The position numbers and the translations under genes are program-made. From positions 63,798,001 through 63,862,000 of the forward strand of contig OX597823.1 in the NCBI GenBank assembly GCA_951406725.2: a DNA stretch of 64,000 nucleotides, written 5' to 3'. The notes under the pieces were generated by a model that worked only from the letters and a program-made list of their open reading frames with translations, had not been told where the DNA came from and did no database searches. The stretch comes from Octopus vulgaris. Its lineage: Eukaryota. Each line of letters starts with the position of its first letter. Positions within the stretch are counted from its first letter, which is position 1. Below are positions 53,040 through 64,000 of this stretch, piece by piece.

Positions 53040-54480
53040 AATTTATTATACCTTCTCTTCTAAATTCGATGCTTATGTCTAAGAAATCAATATAAATAAA
53101 AAGTTCAATATTGAAATAGTTTATTTTCATTGTATTTTCTAGCTTGAACATTAGGTTTTATTATTGCTTTAATTAAAGGGCCAGTTATTGATTACACTGG
53201 GCTTGTTCAGCGTATGTAAACACCCGTGCAGTGAAGCACCTCAATAGCAGAGGATTTTATTTGTGCATAAACAGATACTTATGTCGTCATAGAGGTAATG
53301 TTAATATGTATAGGAGTGATATAACATTACTCTGCTTTATCTAGACAACAGTCTTAACCTAATAAAATATTTGAATTTCTAAATAAATGTACTTCCTTTA
53401 TTCCTCCACAATTGACAGTTAGTATTGGTATGAAAAGAAAACAAGGTTTATGGTTTCCAATTCCTTTCAGTTAGTATTACATCTGAATTTTGGATGTGGT
53501 AATTCATTATAAGTAAAAGTACTTATAGAATCCAAGAATTTATCCAATCTTTTATTCCTATAGTTTGGTTAACTATAGTTACTTTTATTCTGTCCAATTG
53601 ATTCCTCAATATTTTCTTTACTAAACAGTTCTTCTGCTTGGCCTGATTTTCCACAGAAGTTCAGAAATATCATCTTGCATTTCATCAAAATCAGAGGTTT
53701 ATAATGTTGAAGTGATTTTGAATTCATTTGGGAGAATTTGAATTTATTCTGTCAATAGGGTTTTGTGTTAAAGCAATTAATTATTTTCGGTATCTTGCAT
53801 TTGGTTTCTACCATAGAACGACAAAATTTCTGTTGAGTCAAACTAAAAAATGAAAATGATCTCTTATTTCCCCCATCTATTGTGTTGGTATTTCTGAAAT
53901 TCTATTTACCATGTTTTCATCCAATTTTCTATAAGAATTCTGTTCACTTGTTGGGTTAGATTGTGTTTGACCTTGTTTTGAATTGTCTTTTGAGTTATAT
54001 TTCCTATTTCTTTGCATATAATGGTTTCTCTGATTCTGTGAAACATTCTGTATTGATGAATAGGAACTTGTCTCCTCTAATAAAGTTGTTTCCTCATCTA
54101 AGTCTTTTGGAATTAACAAGATTGTTTTTGTATACATTACAACTATTGGTTTTCCTGTTTGGCACTTGTTTAACTACTTGCACATAGGATTTGCAGATTT
54201 TCATTTATTCCATGAACTTTCCTTTTGACATTCTTCTTTCCAAATTTAATGTTACTACATAGTGAGCAATTGAGTTTATTTGAAATTTCCACTTCCATTT
54301 ACTCCTTAATTAATTTCGTAATAATTTGATTTCCTTTCTGAATGTAGCTAGTGCCATCTTTTTCCTAAGTCTTCTTTGTTGCTTAGGGTCACCATGAATA
54401 AGCTTAAGAAGTAATTTTCTTGGATGAAAGACAGGTGTTGAATTAATCCACTTTTTATACAGTCCCTTTGACTAGTTAGT
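53040..54480 (-). mobile_element. Decayed 5' part of an APE-type LINE (ORF1-like region and start of the endonuclease)
   Basis: A-rich broken ORF followed by IPILTVNCGGIR...SNVISL, resembling the APE N-terminal NxxG and D(V/I)(I/V)xLQETH motifs. Confidence 0.45.
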
Positions 54481-54529
54481 AATATCAGAACACAATCTCC
54501 CTAACATCCTGTTGTCTGAAAACAGAAAT

Positions 54530-55455
54530 AACAGACAATACACGACAGAGTGTAAGCACCTTGAGAGAAAAGTTGGACCTAAGAAGCATCAGATGCGGCA
54601 TGCAATAGAGACGACTGCGCTGGTATGGTCATGTGGTGCGAATGGATGAGGACAGCTGTGTGAAAAAGTGTCACACCCTCGCAATTGAGGGAATCTGTGG
54701 AAGAGGTAGACCCAGGAAGACCTGGGATGAGGTGGTGAAGCATGACCTTCGAACATTAGGACTCATCGAGGCAATGACTAGTGACCGAGACCTTTGGAAA
54801 TATGCTGTGATTGAGAAGACCTGGCAAGCCAAGTAAGACCATAACCCATGGCCTGCCAGTGGTGTAACCAGCCTACTTATGCATAACTTTCTTTCGTTGG
54901 ACACTATACTTTGCTTGTGAAAACCTGTTGAGCCAAGTGAAATCACAATCAAAATTACTGATGTTGCCATGACAGCACCGCCTAACTGGCACCTGTGCCA
55001 GTGGAACATTAAAAGCACCATCCAAGCATAATCATTGCCAGGGCCACTGACTGGCTCCTGACCTGGTAGCACATAAAAAGCACCATTCGAGCATGATTGT
55101 TACCAGTGTCACCTTACTGGCACTTGCGATGGTGGGATGTGAAAAACAACATTCGAGCGAGGTCATTGCCAGTGCCGCTGGACTAGCTCCTGTGCAGGTG
55201 AAACAGAAAATACACCATTTGAGCATGGTTGTTGCCAGTACTGCCAGACTGGCCCTCGTGCTGGCGGCACGTAAAACACCCACTACACTCTCAGAGTGGT
55301 TGGTGTTAGGAAGGGCATCCAGCTGTAGAAACTTTGCCAGATCACACTGGAGCCTGGTGCAGCCATCTGGCTCGCCAGTCCTCAGTCAAACCGTCCAACC
55401 CATGCCAGCATGGAAAGCTGACGTTAAATGATGATGATAATGATGGTGATGATGA
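54530..55455 (+). mobile_element. RTE-LINE 3' fragment (ORF end plus full 3' UTR)
   Basis: RLRWYGHVVRMDEDSCVKKCHTLAIEGICGRGRPRKTWDEVVKHDL, then the subunit array and (GAT)n tail. Confidence 0.9.
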
Positions 55456-55596
55456 ATATAATCCATGTTTGTATCTCAAAAAACATGTGATAACCATAGC
55501 TGGAATGTTTGTGATCAGAAGTTTACTTGGTCAGGGGTAATTTAGGGCTAAACAACATCATCAAAATTGATTTTATGAGGAAACTTGCAATGGATC

Positions 55597-55912
55597 ATCA
55601 TCATCACCGTTTAACATTTTCTTTCCATGCTGGCATGGGTTAAATGGTTTGACTGAAATTGGTAAACTAGAGAGCTGCACCAGGTTCCAATCCAATTTGG
55701 TATGGTTTCTATGGCTGGATGCCCTTCCTAGTACCAACCACTCCAAGTGTGTAATGGGTACTTTTTATGTGCCACTGGCACAGGTGCCAGTTACATGACA
55801 CCAGCATTGGCCACAACTATGCTTTCAGTTGGCTTGATGAATGTTCTCAAGCACAGCATATTGCCAAAGATCTCAGTCATTTATCATTGCCTCTGTGAGG
55901 CCCAACGCTCCA
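55597..55912 (-). mobile_element. RTE 3' UTR fragment, tail-to-tail with the preceding copy
   Basis: (CAT)n plus the reverse complement of the RTE tail. Confidence 0.75.
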
Positions 55913-58182
55913 AGTGTACACTTTTATATCCATAGTTGACAGACACAAAAACTGAATTGAAGGTAGCAAGTCTGGATTTAAAAAAAAATTTTTTAATCAA
56001 CATCTCCACTTCAGGAGATCAAATACTGATGCTAACACATCACTGTTGTTGTTGTTAAGCAACAAGATGGGTAAGGGTGATTAGGTGATGGTCTAGGGCT
56101 TAGGGGCTGGAGACCCCAGACCTTGGAAAAAAAAAAACCAACTTTGGTCGTCTTGTTGTAGTCAAGGGCTCTTCGTTGACGCCCAACACCCCTGGGAGGT
56201 GGCCCTCGAAGTCACTGGAAATGGAGATCTCCAGGTCCAAATTCTTGAATGGCAGCACATCACTGTGCCAGCAACTGCAATTCTAGCATCCAATTCAACC
56301 GTTTGCCTCCCATTACTTGTGAGTATGGTCCCATGAAAGTTAAACTACTTCTTTTGTTCCACACAAGAACACTTATCCCAAGTTATGGAGGTGAAATATT
56401 TGTAACAAAAGTTAGTGACTTACATATGAGTTACTCAGTTTCACGTGTAGAAGAGCATTTCTGATTGTTCCATTGCTGTTGATGTAAATAGCTTAGATAG
56501 CCACAAGTTTTAATGAAGGCTGAATGACATTGGACGATGTATATATTTCTCACCTATTAGTCAGCTCTGCTTACATGATAGACTCAATAGCTGAATAATT
56601 GCTTGCTGTTGTAATGGATGCTGGACATCATTGAACAATTGTTGAATGAGGGACATCTGTAACGCAATAAATACAAGTAGCCTCTTTAATTAGAAAAGTC
56701 CAGTAAATATTTTGAAAAATTTATGAAATAGAACTTTTAATTTATGGTTTAAAATTAATAGATAACTCCAGACAACAGTAATAAAGAAACTCATATTTGT
56801 TTATGGAACTTTATGGATGCAGTGGGTAGTTTCAGTATGGGAAGTTCCTTGGAGATACAATGACAGCAGTTATGTACTCTGTGCAAATAATAAGAGACCT
56901 TGTCAGGTATGTTGGTTTTTACAGGGAAGGTTATTTCACTGGTCCAAATTCTCAAGGTAAAAATGACACAGGGGGTAGAATTTCTCCCAGGGCTTGAAGG
57001 AGTACACATGCTGAAGAAAGTTTCCTTTCAAGTTGTAGGTTGAATCCCATGTACTTTCTCAATAATTATATGTGAACTACTGACCAAACATTCAGTCAGT
57101 AGTTCACTGGTATAACCTCACAGCCAGTGTGTCTATATTCATAGAAACATATGCATACATATACACAAGCATACATTTCTATGCACATATATATACACAT
57201 ATATTCACTTACATTCATATGTCTGTACTTCCTGTCTGCTATCATGAATGGCCAGGAAATTACCCTCCTATTTCTGCTTCTTTATTGAGTTCAGTGTGTG
57301 TGTATCTATATATATATAACAGAGATTGAGACACTGTCTACCATGTTATGTTATGTGTGCATGTGCATATATGGCTGCATAAATGTATAAATAACCTACG
57401 TATATCTTCCTACCTACATGTTACACATACAACAAAAGAACTTAACCTATTGATATAAGAATTACATTCTCACACCTACATATGTGCAAAAAAAGTTTGA
57501 AGTTATACATATTTCTCTCTCTTTCTCTCTCATACACACATATATATATATATCCACATCCAATTCCATGTAAGAATTGCATTAATGTGTGGGTGTGTAT
57601 ATAATTCTTACAGCAATATACTTTAATATAAGTATTGCATTAGTAAATACATGCACATAGACACACTCATGGCAGGAAATTATATTGAAGAGAATTTAGT
57701 TGACAATATCTTTTTTGTCTCAGACAAATGTAGAGAGGGTCAGATATCAATGAAATCATTTTAATGTCCTGTTATATGTCGGTTAAAGACGGAAATTACC
57801 AAATGGAAGAGAATAATTCTATTAAAATATAATGATGGAGGTACTGAAAGAAAATTTGAGAGAAAAAAAAAACCTTATGAAGATGTAAACATCACAACAG
57901 AATATATATTATCGATGCGAGAATAAATGGGACACTAGAGGAAATGCAATGTGGTAGTTAGTTAGGTCCCTTTACGTTCTGAGTTCAACTCCTACTGAAG
58001 TCGACTTTGCTATTCATCCTTCTCTGAGTGTGATGGAGTGAGATGGGGGTGATAAAATGAAGTACCAAGTACCAGTCAAATGCTGAAGTTGATTTGATAT
58101 ATCTACAATGTATCCTCAAAATGAATGAGAGTCTAAAAGAGGATGACAAAACTGTCTCCATCTTCAAATGTGTGGCCATAGA

Positions 58183-58575
58183 TTCTTTTATTTGTTTCAG
58201 TCATTTGACTGTGGCCATGCTGGAGCACTGCCTTTAGTCGAACAAATCAACCCCAGGACTTATTCTATCGGTCTCTTTTGCCAGTACTTATTCTATTGAT
58301 TTCTTTTGCTGACCGCTAAATGATGGGAATGTAAACACACCAATACTGGTTATTAAGCAATGATGTTAGGACAAACACAGACACACAAACATATACTCAC
58401 ACACAAACACACACATATATATATATACAACAGGCTTCTTTCAGTTTCCATCGACCAAATCCACTCACAAGGCTTTGGTCAGCCCGAGGCTATAGTAGAA
58501 GACACTTGCCCAAGGTGCCTCGCAGTGAGAAAGAGAACCCAGAACTATATGGTTGGTAAGCAAGCTACTTACCAT
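58183..58575 (-). mobile_element. SINE family A
   Basis: Reverse complement of the family consensus, with a small internal duplication. Confidence 0.82.
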
Positions 58576-59117
58576 GTAAAAAAAAAAAAAAAAAACATTA
58601 CTGTAGTTATTATGATTATTATTAAAGAGACAAACTGGTAAAATTGTTAGTGCATTGGACAAAACGTTTAGTGCTAATTTTTGTGGCACTTTACATTCAG
58701 AGTTCAAATTCTGCCATGGCTGACTTTCCCTTGAGCACTTCCCCAAACTTTCTGGCCTTGTGCCAAAATTTGATATCATCATTATCATTATTACGGGGGT
58801 TGTTGGAATCAACCACCACCCCACAACAAAATTGTTAACCTTATGACAAAATTAGAAAGAATTACTATTATTGTTGGAGGTTGATGTAAGCAAGTAATCC
58901 CTCCTCCTAAAGCTGCTGGCCTTGAGCAAAAATTCGAAGTAATTAGAAATATTACATTTTGGATTCAAATCAAACCTGAGGTCGACTTTGCCTTTTAACC
59001 TTTAAGTAAAACTAAAAAAGAAAAAGTAGCAGTCAGGTACTGGGGCCACTGTAACTGGTTAATCCCTTCCTTGCTAGCCTTATACCAAAATTAGAAGGCA
59101 GTGAGCTGGCAGAATAT

Positions 59118-59659
59118 TAAGAGAATCAGAAAAAATGCTTTTCATTGAGCTCTTTACATTCTAAGTTCAAATCCCACTGAAGTCAACTTTGACTTCCATC
59201 CCTTCAGGGTTTGATAAAGTATTAATTTAAGCACTGAGGTTGACATAATTAACACCATCCCCTCAAAACAATTGGCTTTGTGTCTAAATTATACATACAC
59301 ACACTGAGCTTCTTTCAGTTCCTCTCGTCCAAATTCTCTTGCAAGGTTTTGGTTGATCTAGGGCTTTAGAAGATAGTTGCCCAAGGTGCCACAAAACAGG
59401 ACCGAATCTGAAACCATGTGGTTGGGTAGCAAACTCCAGTCACACAACTAAGCCTATCTATGTTATTTCTAGTCATTTAATTTTTTATCATCATCAATAC
59501 CATTCTGTATTTCCACAGTCTTCAATCATTATGGAAAATTCTTTTCCAAATATCTTGCCCATCAGCCAATTGAAAAACCACCTGGGTATCTTAATTTTTT
59601 CCATATATTTCGAATTACAGATTTCCTGCACCACTCTTTAGGTTTTGTCAAAAGATCAG
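59118..59659 (+). repeat. ~540-bp local segmental duplication, copy 1
   Basis: Near-identical to 63203-63746, including non-SINE unique sequence. Confidence 0.9.
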
Positions 59660-60837
59660 TAATGTGAAACTAAGTCGGAAAATATTAGAAGATGGCTTTA
59701 ACGCACACATCTATACAACTCTTTCAATGGCAAGCACTCTTCTTCACACATATACACACCTTTGTTTACACTGGCAAGCTCATATAAATACACATGCATG
59801 TATGTCTGTGTATCATTATTATGACGTATTTTAAAATCAACACAAATATTTTTAAAAATTCAAACAGGAAATTAAATAAGTGATATTCTAAATCCAATTA
59901 CCAGATTCAATTTATTCATTTTTTTAAAAAGCATTTTGTCAATGTTATGTTTGCTTGTCATATTAATGTTGTTATTTCCCTAAATGTGGTGGACTCATTA
60001 ATTGAAATAATGCTTATTTTTCCTGTTGTATTTTAGAGGAGTCACATTTGACATTTATTCAACGTTTAGCTTTCTTTTATAGATAATATCAATTGTATAT
60101 ATTATGCAGGGTGTGTGTGTGTGAGTGTGTGTGAATATATGTATGAGAGCAACAATAGCTGCATAGTTCAGAAGTTCATTCTTCAACCATGTGGTTTAGG
60201 ATTCTATCCCACTGCATGGAACATGGGGCAAGTGACATCTACTATAGCCCTGGATTAACCAATGACTTGTGAGAGAATTTGGTAGCAGAAAACTGTATGA
60301 ACCAATTCTGTCAGCCACATGAAATTGTAGTCATGGTCGATGCCAGTGTCACAGAATTGGCACCTGTGCTGGTGGCACAGAAAAAGCACCCTTCGAAACT
60401 TTGGGCCTCATGGAGGCAGTGACAAGTAACCAAGACATTTGGCAATATAATGTGCTTGAGAAGAGCTGTGAAGCCAAGTGAGATTGTAGTGGTGGCTGAT
60501 TCCATTATCACACAACTGGCACCTGTGCCAGTGACATATAAAAAGCACCCACTACACCCTCAGAGTAGTTGGCATTAGGAAGGGCATTCAGCTGTAGAAA
60601 CCATGCCAAATCAGACTGGAATCTGGTTCAGCTCCTCAACTTAACAGTTTTCAGTCAAACCATCCAAATATGGACAATGGACATTAAATGATGATTATAT
60701 ATATATATAATGTACTGTTCCTTTATTAGTTGACTCAAGAATAGTGTTGAGAGTGACTGCACAACCTGATGAAAGCAAACCAAGCCAAAAATTTGATATC
60801 ACTGTGAATCCTATTCTTCATAAAGAATTGTACATCA

Positions 60838-62023
60838 GGCATGGCTGTGTGGCAAAAAGCTTGCTTCCCAACCACATGGTTCTGGGTTCAGTCCCATTGC
60901 ATGGCACCTAGGGCAAGTGTCTTTTACTATAGCCTTGGGCTGACCAAAGCCTTGTGAGTGGATTTGGTACATGGAAACTGAAAGATGCCTGTTGTGTGTG
61001 TGTGTGTGTGTATGCATGTATGTATATATATATAATTGCAGCGTGGAAGGTGTTTGTAAGCCATTTAAGAAACACACAAAAGCCGTTAGATTCACTTCAA
61101 CATTTAAGTTTAATTTGTCAAAATATTTTCGTCGCTAAAATCCGCAACCTGTTCACTGACAAAAATCCATGCTGCATCTCGGATTTTTGTCAGTGAACAG
61201 GTCGCGGATTTATGCGATGAAAATATTTTGACAAATTAAACTTAAATGTTGAAGTGAATCTAACGGCTTTTGTGTGTTTCTTAAATGGCTTACAAACACC
61301 TACGCTGCAATTGTTTTCGTTTCAGCACACGATCTCAGATCAAATCACTTGCTATGCGAGTACATCTCCGTAACTATATATATATATATATATATATATA
61401 GCCCCAGCCCATTCAAAGTACCTTGGATCGCACAGGACGGCCTGCTGTGCTTACCTTGAATCATGAGGCGACCTGCAGTGCGTGAGGAGACCTATTGAGT
61501 CAAGTACATCAACATCAAAATAAAAATCAAATGGAAATTGTAGTTCTGATACCCGTGCTGGTGGCACGTAAAAAGCACCATCCGAACGTGGCCGATGCCA
61601 GCGCTGCCTTGGCTGGCTTCCATGCTGGTGGCACGTAAAATGCACCTACTATACTCACAGAGTGGTTGGTGTTAGGAAGGGCATCCAGCTGTAGAAACAC
61701 TGCCAGATCAGACTGGAGCCTGGTTCAGCCTCCTGGCTTTCCAGACCCTGGTCGAACTGTCCAACCCATGCTAGCATGGAAAACAGATGTTAAATAATGA
61801 TGATGATGATGATACATGTGTGTGTGTCTTTGTGCCTGTTCCCACACCACCGCTTGACAACTGGTGCTGGAGTGTTTATGTCCTCATAAATTAGTGGTTT
61901 GACAAAAGAGATCAGTAGAATAAGTACTAAGCTTTAAAAAATAAGAACTGGGGTTGATCCATTTGACTAAAATTCTTCAAGATAGTGCCCCAACATAGCT
62001 GCAGTCTAATGACTGAAACAAGT

Positions 62024-62030
<7 letters not shown>
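60838..62030 (+). mobile_element. SINE family A split by a palindromic insert and an RTE 3' fragment
   Basis: Head 60838 to about 61030, tail about 61815-62030. RTE tail about 61400-61813. Confidence 0.78.
61034..61312. repeat. Near-perfect palindrome (~135-bp arms, 12-nt spacer) with variant hammerhead motifs
   Basis: 61034-61168 is the reverse complement of 61181-61312 with few mismatches. Confidence 0.92.
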
Positions 62031-62064
<34 letters not shown>

Positions 62065-63202
62065 TGCCATGTTGGACTGCTAAACTAACTATTTTCCCTC
62101 ATTCTCTCCCTATTCCTCTTATTCCTTTCTGTCAAAGAGCATAGGCTCAAACTAATAACTTGCTTCTTGTTCCTACACCTGTCTTTGTCTTTTGTCTTTC
62201 TATAAACTTGGTTCATTGTGCTACTTCATTCATGCTAGCATCAGTCTTACAAATATATTTTTGAGGTATTGTTTTATAGCTGCATACCCATCCAGTTACT
62301 ATTATAACTTATGTTTTCAAGGTGTGTGTGTGTAATTTTGTTTTCAACAATCATGAACTGTTCTGATAATTAGACTTAGATCCCTCCTCATCTTTGTATA
62401 TATGAGCATTCACACGCATATCGAATTCTGATTCAACATCATTTTCTCCTCCATTTTTCTATGTTTATGATATATTTATAACGATATATTTATGATATAT
62501 TTTTAACGATATCTTTCAACTATTATTTTCATATTCTTATTTCTCGCTCTGGCTGTTTTTCATGAATATGATGAATCTTTATTAAAAATCATTTTTTTCT
62601 CTCTTTTCGGATCTCTCAAAAAGTTTGAATTGTTCTTTTTGAACTTATTTTTTCTCATATATTTTATTTTCATATATTTATATGTACACTTTATGTATGT
62701 GTGTTAATTCTGATGTAATATCTATAACATTATGAAACAACTGTAAATGAATGGAATAAACATTTACTCTCTCACTTCACATATCTGTTCTATTTAGACA
62801 CGCACACATGCATACACACTTGGTTATCCATCAGAAGGAGATTCAGAGCAACACAGAATGTAACAAGGCTGGCTTTTTGAATTACAGGCACAACTCAATT
62901 TTGCCAGCTAAGCAGACAGGAGCAACAAGAAATAAAGTGTCTTGCTTAAGGACACAACATGCCACCAGGAACTGAACTCATGTCCTTATGATCATGAGCC
63001 AAATACTCTAACTATGAACCCACATGCCTTCACTTGTTTGGATATAGATGAAGGTTGGTAACAGGAAGCATATGTGGCAGTAGAATATCTGTCTCATACA
63101 ATAATGAAAAGGTGGAAGTTAAAACGATGATGATGGTGGTGGTAATGAACACAACTACCATGCCTTTTCATCTAGCAACCATCACAAGAGTATTTTCTTT
63201 AG

Positions 63203-63746
63203 TAAGAGAATCAGAAAAAAACTGCTTTTCATTGAATTCTTTACATTCTGAGTTCAAATCCCACTAAAGTCAACTTTGACTTCCATCCCTTCAGGGTTTG
63301 ATAAAGTACCAGTTAAAGCACTGAGGTTGACATAATTAACACCATCCCCTCAAAACAATTGGCTTTGTGTCGAAATTATACATACACACACTGAGCTTCT
63401 TTCAGTTCCTCTTGTCCAAATTCTCTTGCAAGGTTTTGGTTGATCCAGGGCTTTAGAAGATAGTTGCCCAAGGTGCCACAAAACAGGACCGAATTTGAAA
63501 CCACGTGGTTGGGTAGCAAACTCCAGTCACACAACTAAGCCTATCTATGTATTTCTAGTCATTTAATTTTTTATCATCATCAAAACCATTCTGTATTCCC
63601 ACATTCTTCAATCATTATGGGAAATTTCTTTTCCAAATATCTTGCCCATCAGCCAATTGAAAAACCACCTGGGTATCTTAATTTTTTCGATATATTTCGA
63701 ATTACAGATTTCCTGCGCCACTCTTTAGGTTTTGTCAAAAGATCAG
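63203..63746 (+). repeat. ~540-bp local segmental duplication, copy 2
   Basis: Shared from taagagaatcagaaaaaa to gtcaaaagatcag. Confidence 0.9.
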
Positions 63747-63749
63747 CTT

Positions 63750-64000
63750 CCACACCCATTGAAACTTTTACTGAAAAATAAAACAACACTCCCCTCCTCT
63801 TACCCTCTACCTATAGAGCCATCAGTAGCCTTATCTTATCATGCATTGTATCCCCTTCTCCAACCACTCAAAAACCCTTCCACTCCCTGGTCTTTTGGAT
63901 ATAGCTCTTTAAAAACACTCAATAGCTAACTCCCATTAAAAAAACGCAGTACATGTGAGCCTTTTTAGAAATTATTTTCCCTGATGAAGGAGGTGGTGTC
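63750..64000 (+). mobile_element. Probable Penelope-like 3' end, running off the window
   Basis: ttttggatatag...aaaacactc resembles the FWI..LKTL end of a GIY-YIG domain. CTGATGA at 63981-63987 begins a hammerhead core. Confidence 0.5.

Noticed and set aside
57722-57926. Plus-strand acceptor followed by coding-like sequence
   Set aside because: All three frames hit a stop within 45 nt, and no partner exons were found.

Overview
AT-rich, microsatellite-dense animal genomic DNA. The SINE, RTE and Penelope repeat set strongly resembles Octopus (inferred from recalled repeat families, not checked). Almost all ORFs in the supplied track are repeat artefacts. One real host gene is hidden on the minus strand as tiny exons. 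Six phase-compatible GT-AG exons (35077-35021, 32177-32103, 27018-26946, 24608-24550, 21035-20942, 7713-7566) splice into an uninterrupted ~168-aa RhoGAP domain with an intact arginine finger (GIYR) and KxxxR motif. Its sequence and intron positions resemble GRAF/oligophrenin-family GAPs. Three further phase-compatible candidate exons (3848-3815, 864-803, 82-32) may extend it beyond the window start, and a competing acceptor at 3826 would end the protein right after the GAP domain. The rest is a dense, nested mosaic of tRNA-derived SINEs, RTE, CR1-like and Tx1-like LINE remnants, mariner, pogo and TTAA-type MITEs, and Penelope-like (GIY-YIG) fragments. The most striking non-coding signal is a set of type I hammerhead-ribozyme motifs tied to the Penelope remnants, often in long inverted repeats. 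One is fully canonical (39133-39219), and different families carry C-G, U-A and G-C versions of the catalytic 3-8 base pair. No rRNA, true tRNA or CRISPR array was found.
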